Below the pieces are notes generated by a model, which worked only from the letters and a program-made list of their open reading frames with translations, did not search any database and was not told the origin of the DNA. The position numbers were made by a program, and so were the translations under genes. Below are positions 22,986 to 38,499 of a stretch of DNA of 64,000 bases, piece after piece; the stretch's first letter is position 1; every line of letters starts with the position of its first letter. The DNA is taken from NCBI RefSeq assembly GCF_988243305.1, contig NZ_OZ547136.1, one strand, 5' to 3'.

Positions 22986-23834
22986 ATGAGAAACAAACTC
23001 TCTTTCGACTTGCAGTTGAGTGCCAGAAAAGCGGCAATCGCTGAACGGATTGCCGCCCATAAAATTGCCCGCAGTAAAGTGTCGGTCTTTTTAATGGCGA
23101 TGTCCGCTGGCGTGTTTATGGCGATCGGATTTACTTTTTACCTTACCGTTATCGCCGATGCCCCGTCTTCACAGGCATTAACCCATCTGGTGGGCGGCCT
23201 TTGCTTTACACTTGGCTTTATTTTGCTGGCGGTTTGCGGCACCAACCTGTTCACCTCGTCGGTAATGACGGTAATGGCAAAAAGTCGGGGCGTTATTAGT
23301 TGGCGAACTTGGCTGATTAACGCACTTCTGGTGGCCTGCGGTAATCTGGCAGGTATTGCCTGTTTCAGTTTGTTAATCTGGTTTTCCGGGCTGGTGATGA
23401 GTGAAAACGCGATGTGGGGAGTCGCGGTTTTACACTGCGCCGAGGGCAAAATGCATCATACATTTACTGAATCAGTCAGCCTCGGCATTATGTGCAATCT
23501 GATGGTTTGTCTGGCGCTGTGGATGAGTTATTGCGGACGTTCGTTATGCGACAAAATCGTCGCCATGATTTTGCCCATCATCCTGTTTGTCGCCAGTGGT
23601 TTTGAGCACTGTATCGCCAATTTGTTTGTGATTCCGTTCGCCATTGCCATTCGCCATTTCGCCCCTACCTCCTTCTGGCAACTGGCGCACAGTAGCGCAG
23701 ACAATTTTCCGGTACTGACGGTCAGCCATTTTATTACCGCCAATCTGCTCCCGGTGATGCTGGGTAATATTATCGGCGGTGCAGTGCTGGTGAGTATTTG
23801 TTATCGGGCTATTTATTTACATCAGGAACCCTAA
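22986..23834 (+). CDS. focB: formate channel FocB (FNT family)
   Basis: 282-aa membrane ORF of the formate/nitrite transporter family; last gene of the hyf operon. Confidence 0.85.
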   Translation: MRNKLSFDLQLSARKAAIAERIAAHKIARSKVSVFLMAMSAGVFMAIGFTFYLTVIADAPSSQALTHLVGGLCFTLGFILLAVCGTNLFTSSVMTVMAKSRGVISWRTWLINALLVACGNLAGIACFSLLIWFSGLVMSENAMWGVAVLHCAEGKMHHTFTESVSLGIMCNLMVCLALWMSYCGRSLCDKIVAMILPIILFVASGFEHCIANLFVIPFAIAIRHFAPTSFWQLAHSSADNFPVLTVSHFITANLLPVMLGNIIGGAVLVSICYRAIYLHQEP

Positions 23835-23837
23835 AAA

Positions 23838-23867
23838 TCAGCCCGGCGAAACAGTTCGTCGGGCTGA
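23838..23867. terminator. bidirectional intrinsic terminator hairpin (focB / perM convergent)
   Basis: cagcccggcgaaacagttcgtcgggctg forms a 7-bp GC-rich stem between convergent genes. Confidence 0.55.
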
Positions 23868-23870
23868 AGA

Positions 23871-24932
23871 TTATTCTTGCGCGATTTGCCCATCGGGCCA
23901 GGCGTGAATCACGGCTTTGATCAGCGTCGCCAATGGAATGGCGAAGAATACGCCCCAGAATCCCCACAAACCACCGAAGATCACTACTGATAAAATAATG
24001 ACCAGCGGATGCAGGTTAACCGCTTCGGAGAACAACACAGGTACTAACAGGTTGCCGTCCAGCGCCTGAATGATCAGATACACCGCGAAGCAGCTCCAGA
24101 ATTCCGTGCCAGCACCAAACTGGAATAGCGCCACGCCAACCACCGGAATGGTCACCACAAATGCACCAATGTACGGAATAAGTACCGAGAAGCCGACCAG
24201 CACCGCCAGCAGCAGCGAATAGTTCAGCCCGAAGAGTAAGAATCCCAGCCAGGTGGCGATCCCCACCACGATCATCTCCAGCACTTTGCCGCGGATATAG
24301 TTGGTGATTTGTTGATTCATCTCCTTCCATACCTGTCCTGCCAGTCCACGGTTACGTGGCAGCACCCGGCGAACGGCGTTCAGCATCTGCTCTTTGTCTT
24401 TCAGCAGGAAGAAGACCATCAATGGCACCAGCACCAGATAGACAGCTATGGTCAGCAAACCGACCAGCGAGGCGAGGGAAATTTTCACCACCGAATCGCC
24501 CATGGTCAGCATCCGACTGCGCATATTTTCGGCCATTGCATCAATAATGCCCGCATCCATCAACGCCGGATAGCGGCGCGGCAACGTGGCGGCAAAGTCA
24601 GAAAGCTTATTGAGCATCCCCGGCATATCGCGAATTAAGTAGATGCCCTGCTGCCAGGCGATAGGCAATACCACGAACGCCATCAGTAGCAATATACCGA
24701 CGAAAACCACCAATACAATCGACGTCGCCCAGCGGCGGGAGCAGCCAATAGATTGCAGGCGCACGGTTGGCCATTCCAGCAAATAGGCCAGCACAATAGC
24801 CACCAGCAACGGAGCAAGCAGGCCACTAAAGAAAAAGATAATGCCAAATCCGGCAACTAAAATAACCAGCAAGGCAATCGCTTCCGGGTCGCTAAAACGG
24901 CGGCGATACCATTGCATCAACATTTCGAGCAT
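23871..24932 (-). CDS. perM: AI-2E family putative permease PerM (YfgO)
   Basis: 353-aa polytopic membrane ORF; conserved synteny. Confidence 0.8.
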   Translation of the reverse strand: MLEMLMQWYRRRFSDPEAIALLVILVAGFGIIFFFSGLLAPLLVAIVLAYLLEWPTVRLQSIGCSRRWATSIVLVVFVGILLLMAFVVLPIAWQQGIYLIRDMPGMLNKLSDFAATLPRRYPALMDAGIIDAMAENMRSRMLTMGDSVVKISLASLVGLLTIAVYLVLVPLMVFFLLKDKEQMLNAVRRVLPRNRGLAGQVWKEMNQQITNYIRGKVLEMIVVGIATWLGFLLFGLNYSLLLAVLVGFSVLIPYIGAFVVTIPVVGVALFQFGAGTEFWSCFAVYLIIQALDGNLLVPVLFSEAVNLHPLVIILSVVIFGGLWGFWGVFFAIPLATLIKAVIHAWPDGQIAQE

Positions 24933-25144
24933 AAAGACCTTCCCTGAACCTCAAGAGCGGGATTGCGATCCGCAATTGTATCGAAATGTCACAAAAAAGA
25001 CTTCGCTTTTTATGACGGATTCAGGAAACTGAAAAGTCATTTGAGTGGGCTAATCTTCGCCGTTACACTCAAAGGCGGCGCGGTGGGAACGATATTTCAC
25101 AGTATCGGTCAAATGACTATCTTCAGAAATACAGGATAGAGGTT

Positions 25145-26608
25145 ATGTTCAGGCAGTTGAAAAAAAACCTGGTTGCAACCCTCATTGCTGCTATGACCAT
25201 TGGTCAGGTAGCCCCGGCGTTTGCCGACAGCGCAGACACCTTGCCGGATATGGGAACCTCCGCAGGAAGCACGCTTTCCATTGGTCAGGAAATGCAGATG
25301 GGCGACTATTATGTCCGCCAGTTACGCGGCAGCGCGCCGTTAATTAATGACCCGCTGTTAACGCAATATATTAATTCGCTGGGGATGCGTCTGGTTTCGC
25401 ATGCCAATTCGGTTAAGACACCGTTTCATTTCTTTCTGATCAACAACGACGAAATTAACGCCTTTGCTTTCTTTGGCGGCAACGTGGTGCTGCACTCTGC
25501 CCTGTTCCGTTATTCCGATAACGAAAGTCAACTGGCTTCAGTTATGGCGCACGAAATCTCCCACGTCACCCAACGTCACCTGGCGCGAGCGATGGAAGAT
25601 CAGCAGCGCAGCGCGCCGCTGACCTGGGTCGGCGCGTTAGGTTCTATTTTACTGGCGATGGCCAGTCCGCAGGCGGGGATGGCTGCGCTGACCGGTACAC
25701 TGGCGGGAACGCGCCAGGGGATGATCAGCTTCACCCAGCAAAATGAACAGGAAGCGGATCGCATTGGTATTCAGGTGCTGCAACGCTCAGGATTCGATCC
25801 GCAGGCGATGCCGACCTTCCTCGAAAAATTGCTCGATCAGGCGCGTTACTCCTCGCGTCCGCCGGAAATTTTATTGACTCACCCATTGCCGGAAAGTCGT
25901 CTGGCAGATGCCCGCAACCGTGCTAATCAGATGCGCCCGATGGTGGTGCAGTCGTCGGAAGATTTCTATCTGGCGAAAGCGCGCACACTGGGGATGTATA
26001 ATTCCGGACGTAACCAGCTCACCAGTGATTTGCTGGATGAATGGGCGAAAGGAAACGTTCGTCAGCAACGAGCGGCGCAATATGGTCGTGCTTTACAGGC
26101 GATGGAAGCCAATAAATACGACGAGGCGCGTAAAACGCTGCAACCGTTACTGGCGGCAGAACCTGGCAACGCATGGTATCTCGATCTGGCTACCGATATC
26201 GATCTTGGGCAAAACAAAGCCAATGAGGCGATCAATCGTCTGAAAAATGCCCGCGATTTACGCACCAATCCGGTGTTGCAGCTCAACCTGGCGAACGCTT
26301 ATCTGCAAGGCGGTCAACCACAAGAAGCGGCCAATATTCTGAATCGCTACACCTTTAATAATAAAGATGACAGCAACGGCTGGGATTTACTGGCACAGGC
26401 GGAAGCCGCGCTAAATAACCGCGATCAGGAACTGGCTGCGCGAGCAGAAGGTTATGCGCTCGCCGGACGACTCGATCAGGCCATTTCGCTGTTGAGTAGC
26501 GCCAGTTCGCAGGTGAAATTAGGCAGCCTGCAACAAGCGCGTTACGATGCGCGCATCGACCAGTTGCGCCAGCTGCAGGAACGCTTTAAGCCTTATACCA
26601 AGATGTAA
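25145..26608 (+). CDS. bepA: periplasmic beta-barrel assembly-enhancing protease BepA (M48 peptidase plus TPR)
   Basis: 487-aa ORF with a signal peptide, HEISH zinc motif and C-terminal TPR-like region. Confidence 0.9.
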
Positions 26609-26628
26609 TTCGCATTAAAGGAAGAACA

Positions 26629-26988
26629 ATGACCAAACAGGTAAAAATCTACCATAACCCACGCTGTTCAAAGAGCCGGGAAACGCTGAATCTGCTGAAA
26701 GAAAACGGCGTGGAGCCAGAAGTGGTGCTCTACCTTGAGACACCCGCCGATGCGGCAACGCTGCGTGATTTGCTGAAAATGCTGGGGATGAATAGCGCCC
26801 GTGAATTGATGCGCCAGAAAGAGGATCTTTATAAAGAACTGAACCTGGCTAACAGTTCGCTTAGCGAAGAGGCGCTGATTCAGGCAATGGTGGATAATCC
26901 GAAGCTAATGGAGCGCCCGATTGTGGTCGCGGATGGCAAAGCGCGGATTGGTCGTCCACCGGAGCAGGTACTGGAAATCGTGGGTTAA
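26629..26988 (+). CDS. yfgD: ArsC-family protein YfgD (arsenate reductase-like)
   Basis: 119-aa ORF with the ArsC-type N-terminus MTKQVKIYHNPRCSKSR. Confidence 0.85.
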   Translation: MTKQVKIYHNPRCSKSRETLNLLKENGVEPEVVLYLETPADAATLRDLLKMLGMNSARELMRQKEDLYKELNLANSSLSEEALIQAMVDNPKLMERPIVVADGKARIGRPPEQVLEIVG

Positions 26989-27018
26989 GAAGTGCTCCAT
27001 CGCTAGTTGAAGCACATT

Positions 27019-27055
27019 GCCGGATGCGACGCTTGCCGCGTCTTATCCGGCCTAC
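27019..27055. repeat. REP element
   Basis: gccggatgcgacgcttgccgcgtcttatccggcctac, canonical REP palindrome between convergent yfgD and hda. Confidence 0.7.
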
Positions 27056-27093
27056 GAATACTATGGGTGCATATCCGACAATAAACGTCTTGT

Positions 27094-27795
27094 CTACAGT
27101 TTCAGAATTTCTTTCACAAACGGAATGGTCAGCTTACGTTGCGCGGTAATCGACGCACGATCCAACTGATCCAACGTCATAAATAACGTGCGCATCTCTC
27201 TGTCGAGCCGCTTCAGCAAGAAACGCCCCACATCTTCCGGCAGTTCAAAACCACGCAAACGCGCGCGTAACTGTAGCGCCTGCAACTTATCTTCATCAGA
27301 AAGTGGCTGCAATTTGTAGATCTGCCCCCAGTCGAGACGCGACGCGAGATCCGGTAATCCAAGATTCAACTGCCGCGGTGGACGATCGCCGGTGATTAAC
27401 AACCGTGTTTTGCCCGATTCCAGAATTCGATTGTAGAGATCGAAAATCGCCATCTCCCACAACTCATCGCCTGCAATACACTCAATGTTGTCGATACAGA
27501 CCAGCGACAAATGCTCCATACCGTCGAGCACTTCCGGAACAAACCAGGTGCGTTTATCCAGCGGGACATAGCCCACCGCATCGCCACGCTGCGACAATTC
27601 CGCGCAAGCCGCGTGCAGCAGATGGCTGCGCCCCGCGCCTTCGCGTGCCCAGAGATAGATGTAACCGCTATGTTCCTGACGCAGCACGTTTTGCAGCGCG
27701 GCCAGTAAAGAGGAGTTATCCCCCGGCCAGAAACTTGCAAAGGTTTCGTCGTCAGGAAGATAAAGTGGCAAAGAGAGCTGTGCCGGTGTTTTCAG
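27094..27795 (-). CDS. hda: DnaA-inactivating AAA+ protein Hda (RIDA), CTG start
   Basis: ORF 27094..27840; the conserved Hda N-terminus (L/M)[21 protein letters not shown] begins at a CTG codon (minus strand, plus coordinates 27793-27795); Walker-like box [10 protein letters not shown]. Confidence 0.8.
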   Translation of the reverse strand: MKTPAQLSLPLYLPDDETFASFWPGDNSSLLAALQNVLRQEHSGYIYLWAREGAGRSHLLHAACAELSQRGDAVGYVPLDKRTWFVPEVLDGMEHLSLVCIDNIECIAGDELWEMAIFDLYNRILESGKTRLLITGDRPPRQLNLGLPDLASRLDWGQIYKLQPLSDEDKLQALQLRARLRGFELPEDVGRFLLKRLDREMRTLFMTLDQLDRASITAQRKLTIPFVKEILKL

Positions 27796-27889
27796 AGATA
27801 CCTCAACCAGGATTTCACAAAATCGCGAGAAGTTTACCACAGAATCCCATGATGTTTGAACCGGGCAGCAACACTGCCCGGTCGGTACA

Positions 27890-29179
27890 TTATTTGTCTG
27901 TTATATCCGCGTCTTCTGCGTCCAGCACCACTTCTTCAGGGCGCAGCACACTAATCATTTTGAAGATCAAACTTAAGCCGATACCGACGATGGTCGCCAG
28001 CGCCATACCTTTCAGCTCCGCCGCGCCGATGTTTACCTTCGCGCCACTGACACCGATGATCAAAATCACGGAAGTCAGGATCAGGTTCTGTGCTTTGTTG
28101 TAATCCACTTTCGATTCGATCAAAACACGAATACCGGAAGCACCGATGACACCATAAAGCAGCAGCGAAACGCCGCCCATCACCGGCAATGGGATCATCT
28201 GGATAGCAGCAGCCAGTTTACCGACGCAGGAAAGCAGGATAGCGAAAATCGCCGCCCCGCCGATAACCCAGGTACTGTAAACACGGGTGATCGCCATCAC
28301 GCCAATGTTTTCCCCGTAGGTGGTGTTTGGCGTGGAGCCAAAGAAGCCGGAGATCACGGTCGACAAGCCGTTAGCAAACATCGAACGGTGCAGACCTGGA
28401 TCGCGCAGCAGATCTTTTTTGACGATATTAGCCGTTACCACCAGGTGCCCTACGTGTTCGGCAATAACCACTAACGCCGCTGGCAGAATAGTCAGAATGG
28501 CAAACCACTCGAAGCGCGGCGTATAGAGGGTTGGCAGCGCAAACCAGTGAGCATTAATAATCGGCGTGGTATCGACAATTCCCATTGCGAAAGAGAGCGC
28601 GTAACCCACCAGCACGCCAATTAAAATCGGGATAATTGCCAGGAAACCACGAAACAGCACGGAACCTAAAACCGTGACTGCCAGGGTGGTAATTGAGATG
28701 ATGATGGTTTTGGAGTCTGGCGTTTGCCCTTCAGCCGGGAGTAAACCTGCCATACCGGCAGCTACGCCCGCCAGCTCCAGACCGATGACGGCAACGATTG
28801 CGCCCATTGCCGCAGGTGGAAACAGCACGTCCAGCCAGCCGGTCCCCGCTTTCTTCACGATAAAAGAAACCAGGCAGAACAGCACGCCGCACATAATAAA
28901 GCCGCCCAGCGCGACTTCATACCCTAACGGCAACAGTAACAATACCGGTGAAATAAAGGCAAAGCTGGAACCAAGATAAGCCGGGATTTTCCCTTTACAG
29001 ATGAAGAGATACAGCAGCGTTCCTATACCGTTAAATAACAGTACAGTCGCCGGGTTAATATGAAATAAGACGGGCACCAGGACGGTTGCACCAAACATGG
29101 CGAACAAATGTTGCAAACTAAGCGGGATTGTCTGTAAAAGTGGCGGTCTTTCACTCACCCCGATAGCACGGCGCGTCAT
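27890..29179 (-). CDS. uraA: uracil:proton symporter (NCS2 family)
   Basis: ORF 27890..29221; start at the internal Met ([20 protein letters not shown]), 429 aa. Confidence 0.9.
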   Translation of the reverse strand: MTRRAIGVSERPPLLQTIPLSLQHLFAMFGATVLVPVLFHINPATVLLFNGIGTLLYLFICKGKIPAYLGSSFAFISPVLLLLPLGYEVALGGFIMCGVLFCLVSFIVKKAGTGWLDVLFPPAAMGAIVAVIGLELAGVAAGMAGLLPAEGQTPDSKTIIISITTLAVTVLGSVLFRGFLAIIPILIGVLVGYALSFAMGIVDTTPIINAHWFALPTLYTPRFEWFAILTILPAALVVIAEHVGHLVVTANIVKKDLLRDPGLHRSMFANGLSTVISGFFGSTPNTTYGENIGVMAITRVYSTWVIGGAAIFAILLSCVGKLAAAIQMIPLPVMGGVSLLLYGVIGASGIRVLIESKVDYNKAQNLILTSVILIIGVSGAKVNIGAAELKGMALATIVGIGLSLIFKMISVLRPEEVVLDAEDADITDK

Positions 29180-29220
29180 AGTATTATCCTCTGTATTATG
29201 TGTTATAGGCGCTTTACTCA

Positions 29221-29250
29221 AAAAAAAGCCGACTCTTAAAGTCGGCTTTA
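29221..29250 (-). terminator. intrinsic terminator/attenuator hairpin between upp and uraA
   Basis: On the minus strand aaagccgactttaagagtcggcttttttt: a 9-bp stem followed by a U-run. Confidence 0.6.
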
Positions 29251-29264
29251 ATTATTTTTATTCT

Positions 29265-29891
29265 TTATTTCGTACCAAAGATTTTGTCACCGGCATCGCC
29301 GAGGCCCGGAATAATGTATCCGTGCTCGTTCAGTCCCTGGTCAATCGATGCAGTATACAGTTCGACGTCCGGGTGCGCTTTTTCCAGCGCAGCGATACCT
29401 TCTGGCGCAGCGACCAGCACCAGAACTTTGATGCTGCTGCAGCCCGCTTTTTTCAGCAGGTCGATGGTCGCGATAACGGAACCACCGGTTGCCAGCATTG
29501 GGTCAACGATCAGCGCCATACGCTCATCGATGTTAGAAACCAGTTTCTGGAAGTACGGTACCGGCTCCAGCGTTTCTTCATTACGGTACATACCGACGAC
29601 GCTGATACGCGCGCTCGGAACGTTTTCCAGCACACCGTCCATCATCCCAAGACCCGCACGCAGAATTGGCACAACGGTAATTTTCTTACCTTTGATCTGG
29701 TCGATTTCTACCGGGCCGTTCCAGCCTTCGATAGTTACTTTTTCCGTTTCGAGGTCGGCGGTCGCTTCGTAAGTCAGCAGGCTACCCACTTCGGAAGCGA
29801 GTTCGCGAAAGCGCTTGGTGCTGATATCTTGCTCACGCATCAGTCCCAGCTTGTGTTTGACGAGTGGGTGTTTGACTTCCACGATCTTCAT
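29265..29891 (-). CDS. upp: uracil phosphoribosyltransferase
   Basis: ORF 29265..29918; start at the internal Met ([16 protein letters not shown]), 208 aa. Confidence 0.9.
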
Positions 29892-30136
29892 ACTCTTTCT
29901 CCTTTGAGGGGCAGCCACAAAAAAAATCGACGGATTATACCTCCTTTCTTCAAGCCGGCAATATTATTTTCGTTGACTTTAGTCAAAATGATAACGGTTT
30001 GAGATAAAGTTATTTTGTATTCAAATGGTTATGGAAGAAGATTATTCCATCCGAAAACGATCCTTTGCCCTGGTACAAGTATTCTTTCGCCGCGCGCCTG
30101 GGGAAAAGACGTGCAAAAAGGTTGTGTAAAGCAGTC

Positions 30137-30152
30137 TCGCAAACGTTTGCTT
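30137..30152. promoter_or_regulatory. PurR operator (PUR box) of purMN
   Basis: tcgcaaacgtttgctt, close match to the palindromic PUR box, about 65 bp upstream of the purM GTG start. Confidence 0.65.
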
Positions 30153-30196
30153 TCCCTGTTAGAATTGCGCCGAATTTTATTTTCTACCGCAAGTAA

Positions 30197-31251
<1,055 letters not shown>

Positions 31252-31252
<1 letters not shown>

Positions 31253-31890
31253 TGAATATTGTGGTGCTTATTTCCGGCAACGGAAGTAATTTGCAGGCAA
31301 TTATTGACGCCTGCAAAACCAATAAAATTAAAGGCACCGTACGGGCAGTTTTCAGCAATAAGGCCGACGCGTTCGGCCTTGAACGCGCCCGCCAGGCGGG
31401 TATTGCAACGCATACGCTCATCGCCAGCGCGTTTGACAGTCGTGAAGCCTATGACCGGGAGTTGATTCATGAAATCGACATGTACGCACCCGATGTGGTC
31501 GTGCTGGCTGGTTTTATGCGCATTCTCAGCCCGGCGATTGTCTCCCATTATGCCGGGCGTTTGCTGAACATTCACCCTTCTCTGCTGCCGAAATATCCCG
31601 GATTACACACCCATCGTCAGGCGCTGGAAAATGGCGATGAAGAGCACGGTACATCGGTGCATTTCGTCACCGATGAACTGGACGGTGGCCCGGTTATTTT
31701 ACAGGCGAAAGTCCCGGTATTTGCTGGTGATACGGAAGATGACATCACCGCCCGCGTGCAAACCCAGGAACACGCTATTTATCCACTGGTGATTAGCTGG
31801 TTTGCCGATGGTCGTCTGAAAATGCACGAAAACGCCGCGTGGCTGGATGGTCAACGTCTGCCGCCGCAGGGCTACGCTGCCGACGAGTAA
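31252..31890 (+). CDS. purN: phosphoribosylglycinamide formyltransferase 1
   Basis: 212-aa ORF overlapping the purM stop; formyltransferase motifs. Confidence 0.9.
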
Positions 31891-32061
31891 TGCCCCCGTA
31901 GTTAAAGCGCCAGCTCTGCCGCTGGCGTTTTTCAATTCACCTGTAAATCGCAAGCTCCAGCAGTTTTTTTCCCCCTTTTCTGGCATAGTTGGACATCTGC
32001 CAATATTGCTCGCCATAATATCCAGGCAGTGTCCCGTGAATAAAACGGAGTAAAAGTGGTA

Positions 32062-35674
<3,613 letters not shown>

Positions 35675-35680
35675 TGCTTT

Positions 35681-35707
35681 GCGGGCCGACGAGAAATGTC
35701 GGCCCGC
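35681..35707. terminator. bidirectional intrinsic terminator hairpin (ppx / pdeF convergent)
   Basis: gcgggccgacgagaaatgtcggcccgc, a 9-bp GC-rich stem between convergent genes. Confidence 0.6.
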
Positions 35708-35712
35708 ATTAT

Positions 35713-37956
35713 TCAGGCACTTTCGCGAATGGGTTCGATTTCATTCAGCGTATCAATTAACGGTTGCGGCTTACCAATAAGATAACCCTGCATATAATCG
35801 ATCCCCAAAGAGAGCACCGCCTCGCGGATCTCTTCGTTTTCAACGTACTCTGCCACTACCCGCATTTTCTTCATTCGCGCCAGGTGGCAAATCGACGCCA
35901 CTATCTGATAATCCAGACTATTTGACACAATATTGCGGATAAAACTGCCGTCAATTTTAAGCAGATCGGCATTCACATTTTTAAGCCGCGCATAGCTGGC
36001 GTAGCCGGTGCCGAAATCATCAATCGCAATCTGGCAGCCTAATTCCTGAAGATGCTGCAAGGTGATTTGCGCCTGCTTAACATTGGTCAGAGCATTACTT
36101 TCGGTGACTTCAAAAATAAGTTGCCACGCTTCAATCTGATATTTAGCCAGCAGCTGACTGACTTCAACGGGAAAACGAGCCTGACATACCGAGGTTGGCG
36201 ACAGATTAATGGCAAAACGGTGAGCGGGCATCTTCGCTCTGTTTTCAGCCATAAATTGCAGCGTATGTTCAATGACCCACATGTCGATACTCGACGATAA
36301 ACCAAATTCGTGCGCGACCGGCAAGAAGCTGTCGGGGCTGATCAGTTCATCATTCTCACCTTTCATACGCAGAAGAATTTCATGGTAGACATCGCCACGC
36401 ATACCGGTAATCGGCTGGGCCATCAGGAAAAAATGGTTGTGTTCCAGCGCCTGCTGTAGCCGATTCATCATCGCGACTTTATCTTTCAATTCGCGTTGCA
36501 AATACATTGCCCCGCGACGCTGCATATTTTCCGGGGCGTTGGTCACGATGGAAAGCTCGGCGACCGTATTTAGCTCTCCCAGCAGCAGGTAGATATGATT
36601 CACTGGCGAGCGCACATAGCAGTAACTGACGCCAATCTGCGGTTGCATCGGCATTCCATCCCAAAAGAAACGAAATTGCTTGAGATGGCTATCCAGTGCG
36701 GTAATGCGCTCCTGGTGCGATTCTGTATTCAGTCGCAGCGCGAGATCGTTACCCGAAAGCTGATAAACATCTTCACCCGGTTCCAGCAAGGGTGACAGCC
36801 AGTGAGAAAGTTTTTGCTTGTATTGAATCCGTAGCATGATGCCATAGTTCTTAACCAGCATTTCCATGCCAGGGATGCGTAAATAACAAAGCGCAGACCA
36901 GGGGGCATCACGCAACGCGCGATTCAGGGCGCGAACATTTGGCAGATGAACTACCGGGTCCACATACGCAAGCCGCTGAATGCGTCTGACTACCGCTCTC
37001 TGACGGGTTGCCAGTACAGCCATATAATTGACAATAAAAGAGAATACCAGATAACTGGAGGAGGTTATGGTCAGCTGCGTGGTATAGCCAGGATAAATGG
37101 GAATGTAATTTTGATAGCTGTGGATGCTGATCATCAACACGACCGCCCAGAGCAGCGAAATCAGCTTATAACCATAGCGCATCGCTCCCCACATCATCAG
37201 GGGCAGCAATAATGACAAGGTATAGTTGGTGCTAAAAATTGTGCTTTTTTCATTTAACGGCATGCATAACAGCAGCAGTAAAGCACCTAATGCCAGTAGC
37301 CAGAGTGCGAACTCTTTTTTGGTGACTTTGACATCAACCTGCTGTTTTAATTGCGAATAATAACTACGTAAATAAAACGGATTTCGCACTACACGAATGA
37401 TGAAGTAGCACAGCGGGACACCAATCAGATTGCCCACCAGTAAGGCCTGATAATTGATTAAGGTCCCGAGGTTAAAAGGCATGACGCCGACCAGATTTTC
37501 TCTGCTCGCCAGTAATCCTACAAACGCAGCAAACTGGAAAAGTATCAGAAACAGCGTTGCAGGAAACACAATCTGCCAGAATATACGCTGGGAAATTAAA
37601 CGGGTATCACCATGTGAAACGTTGTTACGCCGGGGAGTAAAGACCCTGTAACCGCCCCAACAGAGAATGATAATGATAATAAAATTAGCCGTTAATGAGA
37701 GCGTTTCGTAAAAACCCAGCTCTGCATATTTGCGGACAAAAATCCCTAAGGCGATCCCTGGCAATGCCGCCCAGCTGAAAAACATCATCATGCTGATCAT
37801 CAGAGCCAGAGGCAGATAAAAGAGAAAAACCTCACCGGAAGAAATATGCGCGAAAGTATTAATGTGGGCGAAAATGGGCAAGATTAAAGAAGGCAGGAAC
37901 AGCGGAAGCCCCCACCATTTATCACGTATTTTTATATAAGTTGCATTCAGTTTCAT
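35713..37956 (-). CDS. pdeF: membrane c-di-GMP phosphodiesterase PdeF (YfgF; MASE1, degenerate GGDEF, EAL)
   Basis: 747-aa ORF with a polytopic N-terminal half and a C-terminal EAL domain. Confidence 0.85.
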   Translation of the reverse strand: MKLNATYIKIRDKWWGLPLFLPSLILPIFAHINTFAHISSGEVFLFYLPLALMISMMMFFSWAALPGIALGIFVRKYAELGFYETLSLTANFIIIIILCWGGYRVFTPRRNNVSHGDTRLISQRIFWQIVFPATLFLILFQFAAFVGLLASRENLVGVMPFNLGTLINYQALLVGNLIGVPLCYFIIRVVRNPFYLRSYYSQLKQQVDVKVTKKEFALWLLALGALLLLLCMPLNEKSTIFSTNYTLSLLLPLMMWGAMRYGYKLISLLWAVVLMISIHSYQNYIPIYPGYTTQLTITSSSYLVFSFIVNYMAVLATRQRAVVRRIQRLAYVDPVVHLPNVRALNRALRDAPWSALCYLRIPGMEMLVKNYGIMLRIQYKQKLSHWLSPLLEPGEDVYQLSGNDLALRLNTESHQERITALDSHLKQFRFFWDGMPMQPQIGVSYCYVRSPVNHIYLLLGELNTVAELSIVTNAPENMQRRGAMYLQRELKDKVAMMNRLQQALEHNHFFLMAQPITGMRGDVYHEILLRMKGENDELISPDSFLPVAHEFGLSSSIDMWVIEHTLQFMAENRAKMPAHRFAINLSPTSVCQARFPVEVSQLLAKYQIEAWQLIFEVTESNALTNVKQAQITLQHLQELGCQIAIDDFGTGYASYARLKNVNADLLKIDGSFIRNIVSNSLDYQIVASICHLARMKKMRVVAEYVENEEIREAVLSLGIDYMQGYLIGKPQPLIDTLNEIEPIRESA

Positions 37957-38307
37957 AGATGCTCAGCAGAATCCCCCACATCCTGAAGGAGGTGTATTCA
38001 GACAGGCATCCCACCTGACTTCGAATGATGATTATTCATCACTATAGAGAGCATTGATTCTAAGTGTCATATGAAAGTTCCAATTGATATATATCAAACA
38101 AAATAACCCTGATTAATGAATTATTACGTTTATCATGTTAATTCATCATTATTACATCATCATTGTAAATAATTAAATTAACTTCCATAACATTAAAATA
38201 TGTATCCACTGACGCTTTTTTACATAACGAAGAATTGACCATTTTGTCCTGTTGTGCCTTAATGTAAGTACCGTCCACTGCGTGGGACATACTTCAAGGA
38301 ACCTTTT

Positions 38308-38499
38308 GTGAGTCAGGCAACCAGTATGCGAAAACGACACCGATTTAACAGTCGCATGACCCGTATCGTACTGCTCATCAGCTTTATCTTCTTCTTTGGC
38401 CGTTTTATCTACTCGTCCGTCGGTGCATGGCAGCACCATCAGAGCAAAAAAGAAGCTCAGCAATCCACACTCTCCGTCGAATCACCGGTACAACGTTAG
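38308..38499 (+). CDS. yfgG: small membrane protein YfgG
   Basis: 63-aa ORF with one TM helix in an AT-rich region; matches the K-12 gene order. Confidence 0.6.
   Translation: MSQATSMRKRHRFNSRMTRIVLLISFIFFFGRFIYSSVGAWQHHQSKKEAQQSTLSVESPVQR

Noticed and set aside
29097-30002. 301-aa plus-strand ORF antisense to upp
   Set aside because: It overlaps upp entirely on the opposite strand, has no RBS or recognisable domain, and upp is strongly supported.
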